Origin: Eubacteriales bacterium
Lineage (GTDB): Bacteria > Bacillota > Clostridia > Oscillospirales > CAG-272
Assembly (NCBI GenBank): GCA_045635225.1
Contig: JAZRBV010000073.1
Span: 13,864 to 77,863 of the forward strand
DNA: 64,000 nucleotides
Direction: 5' to 3'
In this document: positions 18,784 to 26,422 of the stretch, piece after piece
Numbering within the stretch: the first letter of the stretch is position 1
Layout of the letters: each line of letters opens with the position of its first letter
Notes under the pieces: generated by a model
Seen by the model: the letters and a program-made list of their open reading frames with translations, nothing else
The model's database searches: none
Told to the model about the DNA's origin: nothing
Position numbers and translations under genes: made by a program

Positions 18784-18795
18784 GCTGTATTTTTG
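18758..18795 (-). terminator. Perfect 17-bp hairpin terminator of tRNA-Gln
   Basis: caaaaatacagccaccc-gagt-gggtggctgtatttttg; it overlaps the CCA end by 2 nt. Confidence 0.8.
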
Positions 18796-18868
18796 GCAGG
18801 GGTAGCAGGATTCGGACCTACGAGTGAGGGAGTCAAAGTCCCTTGCCTTACCGCTTGGCTATACCCCT
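18794..18868 (-). tRNA. tRNA-Gln (anticodon UUG)
   Basis: Minus strand: AGGGGTA TA GCC AAGCGGTAA GGC A AGGGA CTTTGAC TCCCT CACTC GTAGG TCCGAAT CCTGC TACCCCT G CCA. The cloverleaf folds by hand and CCA is encoded. Confidence 0.9.
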
Positions 18869-18887
18869 ATTGAAACTGACCTTACAT

Positions 18888-18916
18888 ATTCTAGCATAAA
18901 ATCGCCTCGGTGTCAA
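18888..18916 (-). promoter_or_regulatory. Sigma-A promoter of tRNA-Gln
   Basis: Minus strand: TTGACA (18916-18911), 17 nt, TAGAAT (18893-18888). Confidence 0.6.
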
Positions 18917-19041
18917 GAGATATCTATACTATTTTATGTGTCATTCGTTTTTTCGTGCACTCATAATTTTAAAAGCTATTGAAAAAAACACTCTTGCGTG
19001 ATATAATATTAAGGTAAAAGAGAAAAAAGGGGATGATCAAA

Positions 19042-19752
19042 ATGCCACGAAGCCTATGCTATAGATACGAGACGCATCTGCACACTCGGCCTGCGAGTAA
19101 ATGCGCGCGTAGATCGGTCAGAGAAAATCTCGAATTTTATAAGAGCCTTGATTACGCAGGCGTTTTTATTACCAATCATTTCATCGATGGCAATGCGGGA
19201 GCTGACAAGTCACTATCCTACGAGGAGCAGATTCGACAAAACTTTGCCGACTATCTGGAGGGTGTCGAGATCGGTCGTGAGCTCGGCATCGACGTATTTA
19301 TGGGAACTGAAATGAGCTACAAGGGCACCGATTTTTTAGTATACGGTCTCGACATAGATTGGTATCTCTCGCACCCGGAAATAATGGATATGAAAAAAAG
19401 CGAGGAGCTGCCGTATCTCGCCGAGGCAGGTGCGCTCATCATTCACGCACACCCATACCGTGAGGCGGGATATATAGACCATATCAGACTCTTCCCGAGA
19501 TGCGTACACGGAGTCGAAATATATAACGCCAACCGTACCGACCTTGAAAATAGAATGGCACGCGAGTATGCAAAAAGCTATTCTCTTATTCCTTTTGCCG
19601 GAAGTGATAATCACGTCGGTGGTGATCAGTTGAAGCTCGGTGGAATCGAATTTATGTCGCCGATCTCAGATGAGATCGATTTTGTAGACCGTATCAAAAA
19701 TCTGGAAGGAAAAATCTTTAAAAAGTTGATAAAAAGGAATATAAAGCCTTAA
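19042..19752 (+). CDS. PHP domain (histidinol-phosphatase-like) metal-dependent phosphoesterase
   Basis: YETHLHTRPASKC and IIHAHPYRE...GSDNH are PHP His/Asp motifs. ATG 19042 is preferred over 19033 because of spacing to the GGGG RBS. Confidence 0.75.
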   Translation: MPRSLCYRYETHLHTRPASKCARRSVRENLEFYKSLDYAGVFITNHFIDGNAGADKSLSYEEQIRQNFADYLEGVEIGRELGIDVFMGTEMSYKGTDFLVYGLDIDWYLSHPEIMDMKKSEELPYLAEAGALIIHAHPYREAGYIDHIRLFPRCVHGVEIYNANRTDLENRMAREYAKSYSLIPFAGSDNHVGGDQLKLGGIEFMSPISDEIDFVDRIKNLEGKIFKKLIKRNIKP

Positions 19753-20610
19753 ATGACAACTAATATTTACAACAACGTGCTTATTTGCCCTAAATGTGCA
19801 GGCAAACTTTTTTCTGTAGGTAACGCACTAAAGTGCTTGAATAACCATTCATACGATAGGAGTCGCGACGGCTACTATAATCTTCTGCTTGCGTCGCGCG
19901 GTGGTACTCACGGAGATAATTCGGAGATGGTCCTCGCCCGCCGAGCATTTTTGTCGCGAGGCTATTACGAGCCTCTTGCCTCTCGTGTTGCAGAGCTCGT
20001 AGCGCTCAATACGAGACCTCTTATGCCTATCCTTGACGCAGGCGCCGGCGAGGGCTATTATACCGATATGATCGAGCGGAAAATGCGTGAGCGAGACGGC
20101 GATAGTACAGTATATGCCTTCGATATCTCGAAGAGTGCAGTGCGCGAGCTCCGTCGCAGGAATTCAGATATATCCGCCGTCGTTGCAGGCTCGTATCATA
20201 TGCCGATAGCCGACGCATCGGTCGCAACGGTAGTTAATACGTTTTCTCCGCTCGCGCGTGACGAAGTATACCGTGTTCTACGTGACGGCGGAATATTCGT
20301 AATGGCTATACCTGAAGAGCGGCATCTCTATGAGCTAAAATCGGCGATATACGATACTCCGTATCTCAACACAGTAGACGATCCGTCACTCGACGGATTC
20401 GAGCTGATTTTTGACGAGCGTCTCACATATGCTATGCAGCTTGATAACCGCGAGGATATATCTTCGCTCTTCGGTATGACGCCGTATGCCTACCGTACAG
20501 GCGAGCGCGGAAGAGAACGAGTCAAGGAGCTGGAGACCCTTGCCTGTACTGCTGACTTTCACATATTCGTATACAGAAAAACCGATATAAAAAGCAACGA
20601 GGAGGCGTAG
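19753..20610 (+). CDS. rlmA: 23S rRNA (guanine-N1)-methyltransferase RlmA-like, SAM-dependent
   Basis: N-terminal zinc finger CPKCAGKL...CLNNHSYDRSRDGYYNLL, then the SAM motif ILDAGAGEGYY. Confidence 0.8.
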   Translation: MTTNIYNNVLICPKCAGKLFSVGNALKCLNNHSYDRSRDGYYNLLLASRGGTHGDNSEMVLARRAFLSRGYYEPLASRVAELVALNTRPLMPILDAGAGEGYYTDMIERKMRERDGDSTVYAFDISKSAVRELRRRNSDISAVVAGSYHMPIADASVATVVNTFSPLARDEVYRVLRDGGIFVMAIPEERHLYELKSAIYDTPYLNTVDDPSLDGFELIFDERLTYAMQLDNREDISSLFGMTPYAYRTGERGRERVKELETLACTADFHIFVYRKTDIKSNEEA

Positions 20611-20614
20611 CACG

Positions 20615-21052
20615 ATGAACCTTTCACACGGAAAATATCTTGGCGTCGATTACGGTGATAAACGCACGGGACTTGCCGAGTGTGATGTCTCCGGTATGCT
20701 CGCCAGCGGTATAACTACCATATCCGAAGGAGGAATGGCAAAGACCGCCGCGCGTGTCGCACGAGAGGCAGAGAGTCGAGGATGTAAGAAGATAATCGTA
20801 GGACTTCCGAAAAATATGGACGGAAGTGAAGGACCGCGCACCGACGTTATCCGCGCATTTGCCGCACTATTGGCAGAGGCTACAGATATCCCCATCGACT
20901 TTTACGATGAGCGCATGTCTACGATGGTAGCCTACCGTTTTCTCGACGAGACCGGCACCTTCGGCAAAAAACGCAAGAACGCGATCGACACCCTTTCTGC
21001 AGAAATAATCCTGCAGGGCTACATAGATAGGGAAAGGCAGATGACGAAATGA
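20615..21052 (+). CDS. ruvX: Holliday junction resolvase-like / pre-16S rRNA nuclease RuvX (YqgF)
   Basis: YLGVDYGDKRTGLAECD...IIVGLPKNMDGSEGP is characteristic of YqgF. 145 aa. Confidence 0.9.
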   Translation: MNLSHGKYLGVDYGDKRTGLAECDVSGMLASGITTISEGGMAKTAARVAREAESRGCKKIIVGLPKNMDGSEGPRTDVIRAFAALLAEATDIPIDFYDERMSTMVAYRFLDETGTFGKKRKNAIDTLSAEIILQGYIDRERQMTK

Positions 21053-22077
21053 AAAAACGTGTTCTGATTATTTATACGGGCGGCACTATCGGTATGTGTG
21101 GCACCGAGCACGGATACACACCTAAAAGCGGATTTCTCTCCGAAGCGATATCGAAAATCGAGGATATGCAGAGCGACGCAGCTCCTGTTTGGGAGCTTTA
21201 TGAGATGGATCCCCTTCTTGATTCTTCCGAGATGACCGTCACCGAGTGGAACAAGATCGCCGACGTCATCGATAGAAACTACGAGAACTACGACGGCTTC
21301 GTCGTTCTTCACGGTACCGATACTATGGCGTACACCGCTTCGGCACTTTCCTTTATGCTCGACGGTCTGGATAAACCCGTCGTCCTCACCGGATCACAGA
21401 TACCTCTCTCAGAGATACGTAGCGACGGCAGAGACAATCTTGTCACCTCACTTCTTATCGCATCCGACGGCATCGCACGCGAGGTTTGTCTATACTTCAG
21501 CGGTAAGCTTCTCCGCGGTAACCGTGCCGTCAAAATGAGTGCCGATCATCTTGTTGCTTTCGACTCTCCGAATTATCCGCCGCTCGCAGAGGTCGGTATC
21601 AGAATAAGATACAATCACTCCGCGATAGGCAACTATCCAAAGGGCGACTTCCGTGTGATACCCTTCTCACGTGTGCCGATAGGCGTACTAAAGATATTCC
21701 CGGGAATTCAGTTCGACCTCTTTGAGACCATTATGACTGAGAAGCTTTCCGGTATCGTACTCGAGAGCTTCGGTGCAGGCAACATTCCCGGCTCCGGCGG
21801 AGATCTGATACCGATAATCCGCCGTGCATTTGAGTCGGGCTCTGTCGTTGCCGTCTGCTCACAGTGCCCATCCGGTACAGTTTCTCTCGGTGCGTACAAG
21901 ACGAGCTCTGCTCTGAAGGCGGCAGGTGCCGTCAGCGCCTACGATATGACGACCGAGGCAACCGTTGCAAAGCTCTATTATCTTTTCAGCTTGGGTATTC
22001 CTAAAGAGACCGTCAAGGCGGAGATGGAGCGAAGTCTTCGCGGTGAGCTTACTGCCATAGATGCCGCTGCGGAATAG
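21049..22077 (+). CDS. ansA: Type I L-asparaginase
   Basis: VLIIYTGGTIGM and VVLHGTDTMAYTASALSF are asparaginase signatures. Its start overlaps the ruvX stop (ATGA). Confidence 0.88.
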   Translation: MKKRVLIIYTGGTIGMCGTEHGYTPKSGFLSEAISKIEDMQSDAAPVWELYEMDPLLDSSEMTVTEWNKIADVIDRNYENYDGFVVLHGTDTMAYTASALSFMLDGLDKPVVLTGSQIPLSEIRSDGRDNLVTSLLIASDGIAREVCLYFSGKLLRGNRAVKMSADHLVAFDSPNYPPLAEVGIRIRYNHSAIGNYPKGDFRVIPFSRVPIGVLKIFPGIQFDLFETIMTEKLSGIVLESFGAGNIPGSGGDLIPIIRRAFESGSVVAVCSQCPSGTVSLGAYKTSSALKAAGAVSAYDMTTEATVAKLYYLFSLGIPKETVKAEMERSLRGELTAIDAAAE

Positions 22078-22232
22078 TATACACTGTTTCTTACAGAAAA
22101 TATAGACTTTTTCCGTCATCATTCTTTGAAAAATTACATTTTTCGTATTTATTGAGACATACCGACGCGCCGAGTCTTCATATTTCACCCCCAATCTCGC
22201 ATATATTGATGTGAGCATTTTTGGAGGTAGAT

Positions 22233-22697
22233 ATGAGACGCGGCGCCTTTATTTTTTTACTTATATATATTTTGGTATGCATGCTCCCGTCCTGTCGTCG
22301 CGAGATTTGCGCGTATGATATTATGGAGGACTTTTCTCGCGGATACGGAATAGAGGGTGTGATATATTCTCCGTCGGTCCGGGAGGGAGAGGACGGATAC
22401 GTTACGCCCGAGCTTCTCTCGCGCATCTACCTTATGGGCGAGGTCATACCGTCGGATTTTGCCGTTATACTTAACTGTCGCGCCGATTACGGTTCTGAAT
22501 GCGGCGTTTTCGTGTGTGACGGTGAAGCAGAACGCGAGGCGGCGCTGGAGATGTGCGAGGAACGGCTTCGTATCCTATCACGTGATGCTGACAACTCGCT
22601 TCTTATCCGTAGCGGAAATACTGTTTTTTATTCTACTCTCACGGATGACGAGCGAGCCGAGCGGCTCTGGAGAAAAATTGTATCCGCCCACACTTGA
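22233..22697 (+). CDS. Putative lipoprotein (DUF4358-like)
   Basis: MRRGAFIFLLIYILVCMLPSC is a lipobox-like signal. ATG 22233 lies 5 nt after GGAGG. The DUF assignment is from memory only. Confidence 0.6.
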   Translation: MRRGAFIFLLIYILVCMLPSCRREICAYDIMEDFSRGYGIEGVIYSPSVREGEDGYVTPELLSRIYLMGEVIPSDFAVILNCRADYGSECGVFVCDGEAEREAALEMCEERLRILSRDADNSLLIRSGNTVFYSTLTDDERAERLWRKIVSAHT

Positions 22698-22784
22698 CTT
22701 TACCGCTCTTTTACTGTATAATATTATAGTCGAAGAATGCTTCGACGCCGCCCGTCGGCTATTAACGTTAAAAAGGATAATGAT

Positions 22785-23978
22785 ATGAATCATCCCGAGG
22801 TTATATTATGTAAATATGGCGAGGTCGTGCTCAAGGGAGCTAATCGCCTCACCTTTGAGTCCGGTCTTGTGAAGGAGCTGCGCCGACGTGCGAGCCCTTA
22901 CGGCACCTTTAAAATATATTACAAGCAGAGCATTGTATATATCGAGCCGCAGGACGATTTTTGCGATATGGACGGTATGTACGAGGCAGCTAAAAAGGTC
23001 TTTGGATTCGTCGGTGTAACTCGCGCCGCAGTTTGCGAGAAGACCATGGAGAGCATTATCGAGACCGTTAGATCCTATCTTCCCGACAAGCTCGCGGGCA
23101 AGCGGACGTTTAAGGTAGATGCCAAACGCTCGGACAAGCGCTTCCCCCTTAAATCTCCCGAGATATCGAGAGAGATAGGCGGTGTGATACTCTCTACCGT
23201 CCGCGGCATTAGGGTTGACGTGCATAATCCCGAAGTCACCGTCACAGTCGAGGTCAGAGACGATCATGCATTTGTCAGAGCAGGGCAGGAGCCCGGTGCA
23301 GGCGGTCTTCCCATTCGTTCTGCGGGTAGGGGACTTCTCCTTCTCTCCGGCGGTATTGATTCTCCCGTTGCCGGCTGTATGATGGCAAAGCGCGGCATGG
23401 AGATAGAGGCACTTCACTTTGAGTCCTTCCCATACACCTCCGAGCGCGCAAGAGAGAAGGTTATGACTCTCGCGCAGGAAATGTGCGAGTACTGCTCCCG
23501 TATCCACGTTCACGTTATCTCCTTGACGCATATTCAGGAGGAGATCCGCGATAAGTGCGAGGAGGATTATTTTACCCTTATTTTACGCGTATTCATGATG
23601 CGCCTCGCCGAACGTGTCGCAAATTTCTATAAATGCCAGGCACTTATCACCGGCGAGAGCCTCGGTCAGGTAGCCTCGCAGACACTCTCTGCGATAGGTG
23701 TTACCGACTCCGTTGTAGACATCCCCGTATTCCGCCCCTGCATTGGACTCGACAAAAACGAGATAGTTATCGAGGCGCGCCGATACGGCACCTTTGACAC
23801 CTCGATACTTCCCTTTGAGGATTGCTGTACCGTCTTCACACCTCGCCACCCGAAAACACAGCCGAAACGTGAGGACGTTATGCGCGAGCTTGAAAAGCTT
23901 GATGTCGATGCACTGCTTGATGAGGCGTACGCTACACTTAATACCGAAACAAAGCTTGTTTATCCCGAATACAGATAA
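22785..23978 (+). CDS. thiI: tRNA 4-thiouridine(8) synthase ThiI
   Basis: ILCKYGEVVLKGANR (THUMP region) and the PP-loop LLLSGGIDSPVA. Start at ATG 22785 (RBS aaagga). Confidence 0.9.
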   Translation: MNHPEVILCKYGEVVLKGANRLTFESGLVKELRRRASPYGTFKIYYKQSIVYIEPQDDFCDMDGMYEAAKKVFGFVGVTRAAVCEKTMESIIETVRSYLPDKLAGKRTFKVDAKRSDKRFPLKSPEISREIGGVILSTVRGIRVDVHNPEVTVTVEVRDDHAFVRAGQEPGAGGLPIRSAGRGLLLLSGGIDSPVAGCMMAKRGMEIEALHFESFPYTSERAREKVMTLAQEMCEYCSRIHVHVISLTHIQEEIRDKCEEDYFTLILRVFMMRLAERVANFYKCQALITGESLGQVASQTLSAIGVTDSVVDIPVFRPCIGLDKNEIVIEARRYGTFDTSILPFEDCCTVFTPRHPKTQPKREDVMRELEKLDVDALLDEAYATLNTETKLVYPEYR

Positions 23979-24090
23979 TAGAATATCCCCGTAAGACGAG
24001 AGCCCAACCGCTCCCGAAATTCGGGGATATTTTGCTTTATACCGTCGGATGTGTCGCAAAATGAGGCGATAACCGTTTATAATTATGCCG

Positions 24091-24963
24091 CTATTTTGCA
24101 CACTCCTCCAGTCCTTGATTGATCAGTGCTATGATCTTGTGCTTGTCGGTGTTCCAATCAGGTGCTATCAACAGCTCGCGCGGACAGTCTCCCGTCAGCC
24201 TGTGAACTACCGTCTCGGGTGAGATATGAGTCAGTATATATACGGCGCATCTCACGTACTCCTCGAGAGTCGGAGGAATATATTCACCGCGCTCGTACAT
24301 CTCGGCGAGCCGCGTGCCGCGCATGACGTATATTGAATGTATCTTTATTCCGAAAAGATCGAATCTTTCGAGATGCTTGACCGTTCTCCTGATGTCCTCC
24401 TCGCTCTCCCCGGGCAGACCGACTATCAGATGTACGCATACGGGGATGGAGTGCTCTGCCAATATTTCCATTGCGTTATCGAACACCCACGTTTCATATC
24501 CGCGATTGATAAGCTTTGCCGTCTTGTCGTTTGCCGTCTGGAGTCCGAGCTCGACCCAAACGTCTACACGTGTCGCAAATTCGGCAATAAGATCGGCGAC
24601 GTCAGTGTCTATGCAATCGGGGCGCGTGCCTATTGCGAGCGCTACTATGCGCTCGTCGCACAGCGCTGCCTCATATCTCTCACGCAGTACCGATATGGGT
24701 GCATAGGTGTTCGTGAAATTCTGAAAATACGCGACGAATAGCTCGCCGTCACGCGCGTTATCGAGCGCGCGCCTTACCTGCTCGGATATACTTTCCGAGG
24801 GTGTGATATGTTCTCCGGCACCGCGTTCGCCACAGTATATACATCCGCCCTCGCCGCATCTGCCGTCTCGGTTAGGGCAGGTGAAGCCGCCGTCGATGCA
24901 GATCTTCGTGAGCCGCCTGCCGTATTTTTCGCGGAAGTATCCGCTCAGATTTTTGTATAGCAT
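24091..24963 (-). CDS. TIGR01212-family radical SAM protein (YhcC-like)
   Basis: GGFTCPNRDGRCGEGGCIYC is the N-terminal cluster. 290 aa. Confidence 0.85.
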   Translation of the reverse strand: MLYKNLSGYFREKYGRRLTKICIDGGFTCPNRDGRCGEGGCIYCGERGAGEHITPSESISEQVRRALDNARDGELFVAYFQNFTNTYAPISVLRERYEAALCDERIVALAIGTRPDCIDTDVADLIAEFATRVDVWVELGLQTANDKTAKLINRGYETWVFDNAMEILAEHSIPVCVHLIVGLPGESEEDIRRTVKHLERFDLFGIKIHSIYVMRGTRLAEMYERGEYIPPTLEEYVRCAVYILTHISPETVVHRLTGDCPRELLIAPDWNTDKHKIIALINQGLEECAK

Positions 24964-25108
24964 AGCTTTTCCTTGAATTTAAACTTTTCTTTCATTTTAG
25001 CATATGTGCGTCTGATTTGCAAGTGAAATACGAAAAAAGTATAATCTCACCGATATTGCACATAATTAGAGTAGCAGTAATGCAACAAAATCTCACGAGG
25101 ATAAAATA

Positions 25109-25339
25109 ATGAAAGATACTAATAAAAAAGATAGAATGGATCTCCCGGCACCCGATCTCTACAATACCCGCAAGAGCGATTTTCCCGGAAGCACGAAGGG
25201 GATCAACACTCCCGGCATAGAGCTCCCCGCCTTTAACCCTCCTGTCCCTAACCGCGCCTGGACTGCTATGAGAGCGGGAGTTGATATCGACGACCTCACA
25301 CCCGAGGAGAGAGCCGATCTCACTCTACCCGGTCTTTGA
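25109..25339 (+). CDS. Small proline-rich hypothetical protein (76 aa)
   Basis: RBS gagga lies 8 nt upstream of the ATG, and the strong hairpin 25353-25394 follows. No recognisable motif. Confidence 0.45.
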   Translation: MKDTNKKDRMDLPAPDLYNTRKSDFPGSTKGINTPGIELPAFNPPVPNRAWTAMRAGVDIDDLTPEERADLTLPGL

Positions 25340-25352
25340 TCCTGATCTGCAA

Positions 25353-25394
25353 AATGCGACACGTTCCGACGAAAAGCACGGAACGTGTCGCATT
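25353..25394. terminator. Bidirectional 16-bp hairpin terminator
   Basis: aatgcgacacgttccg / cggaacgtgtcgcatt, between the small ORF and gpsA. Confidence 0.8.
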
Positions 25395-25396
25395 AT

Positions 25397-26404
25397 TTAT
25401 TCTATCTCGTTTTTAAGCTCGCGGCTCATAAGCGCCATCATAGCCTCGCGCGGTGTTACACCGCCCTTGATAACGTTATACACCGCCTCGGTAATAGGCA
25501 TCTCTACGCTATATTTTTTTGATAGCTCCATAGCCGCCTCCAGGGCGTGATAGCCCTCGACTACCATTCCTATCTTGCGCGATGCTTCATCATAGCTCAT
25601 GCCTCTTCCTATCATCTCACCGCATCTGTTGTTTCGTGAGTGCTGTGAGGTGCAGGTGACTATCAGGTCGCCGATTCCCGCAAGACCCATAAATGTCCTT
25701 CGGTGACAGCCCATCGCCAGTCCCATACGGGTCATCTCGGCTATACCTCTCGTCATCAGCATTGCCTGCGAGTTATCACCGTACCCCATTCCTCGGTTAA
25801 TGCCCGACGCAATGGCTACTATATTCTTGAGCGCACCGGCGATCTCGACACCGACAACGTCGGTGTTGGTATAGACACGCATACAACTGCTTGCGAAAAT
25901 ACGCGCGATCCTCATCGAGGTCTCCTCATCCTTACACGCGGATACGATCGATGTCGGAAGTCCTCGCGCTACTTCCTCTGCGTGAGTAGGTCCTGAGAGA
26001 GCCGCATACTTGAACTGCGAGTCGGGACGAGCTGCCGCAGTCTCCTCCTCGATGATCTCGGTCATCGTCTTGAGCGATACGGGCTCTATGCCCTTTGCTG
26101 CACTCACCAGAATCGCACCTACCCCGAGATAGGGTGCCGCACGACGTGCGGTCACTCTTATGAATTCCGATGGCACGACGTAGAGCACGAGCTCCGCATC
26201 AGCGAGCGCGGATGCTATATCGGTCTCGTATCCCAGTCCATCGGGCAGTACCGCGTCGGGGAGGTTTTTGTGCCTCTTAGTCGAGGAGAGTGTCTCGATT
26301 TCGGCAGAAATTGCCGACCAGAGGACCACATCGTGACCGTTTGAAACGAGCAGCGATGCGAGTGCCGTGCCCCACGTGCCCGCTCCTAAAACGCATATCT
26401 TCAT
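25397..26404 (-). CDS. gpsA: NAD(P)H-dependent glycerol-3-phosphate dehydrogenase
   Basis: MKICVLGAGTWGTALA (Rossmann), GALKNIVAIASG and VEGYHA are typical GpsA motifs. Confidence 0.93.
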   Translation of the reverse strand: MKICVLGAGTWGTALASLLVSNGHDVVLWSAISAEIETLSSTKRHKNLPDAVLPDGLGYETDIASALADAELVLYVVPSEFIRVTARRAAPYLGVGAILVSAAKGIEPVSLKTMTEIIEEETAAARPDSQFKYAALSGPTHAEEVARGLPTSIVSACKDEETSMRIARIFASSCMRVYTNTDVVGVEIAGALKNIVAIASGINRGMGYGDNSQAMLMTRGIAEMTRMGLAMGCHRRTFMGLAGIGDLIVTCTSQHSRNNRCGEMIGRGMSYDEASRKIGMVVEGYHALEAAMELSKKYSVEMPITEAVYNVIKGGVTPREAMMALMSRELKNEIE

Positions 26405-26422
26405 ATAATTTCCTGCTTTCGT

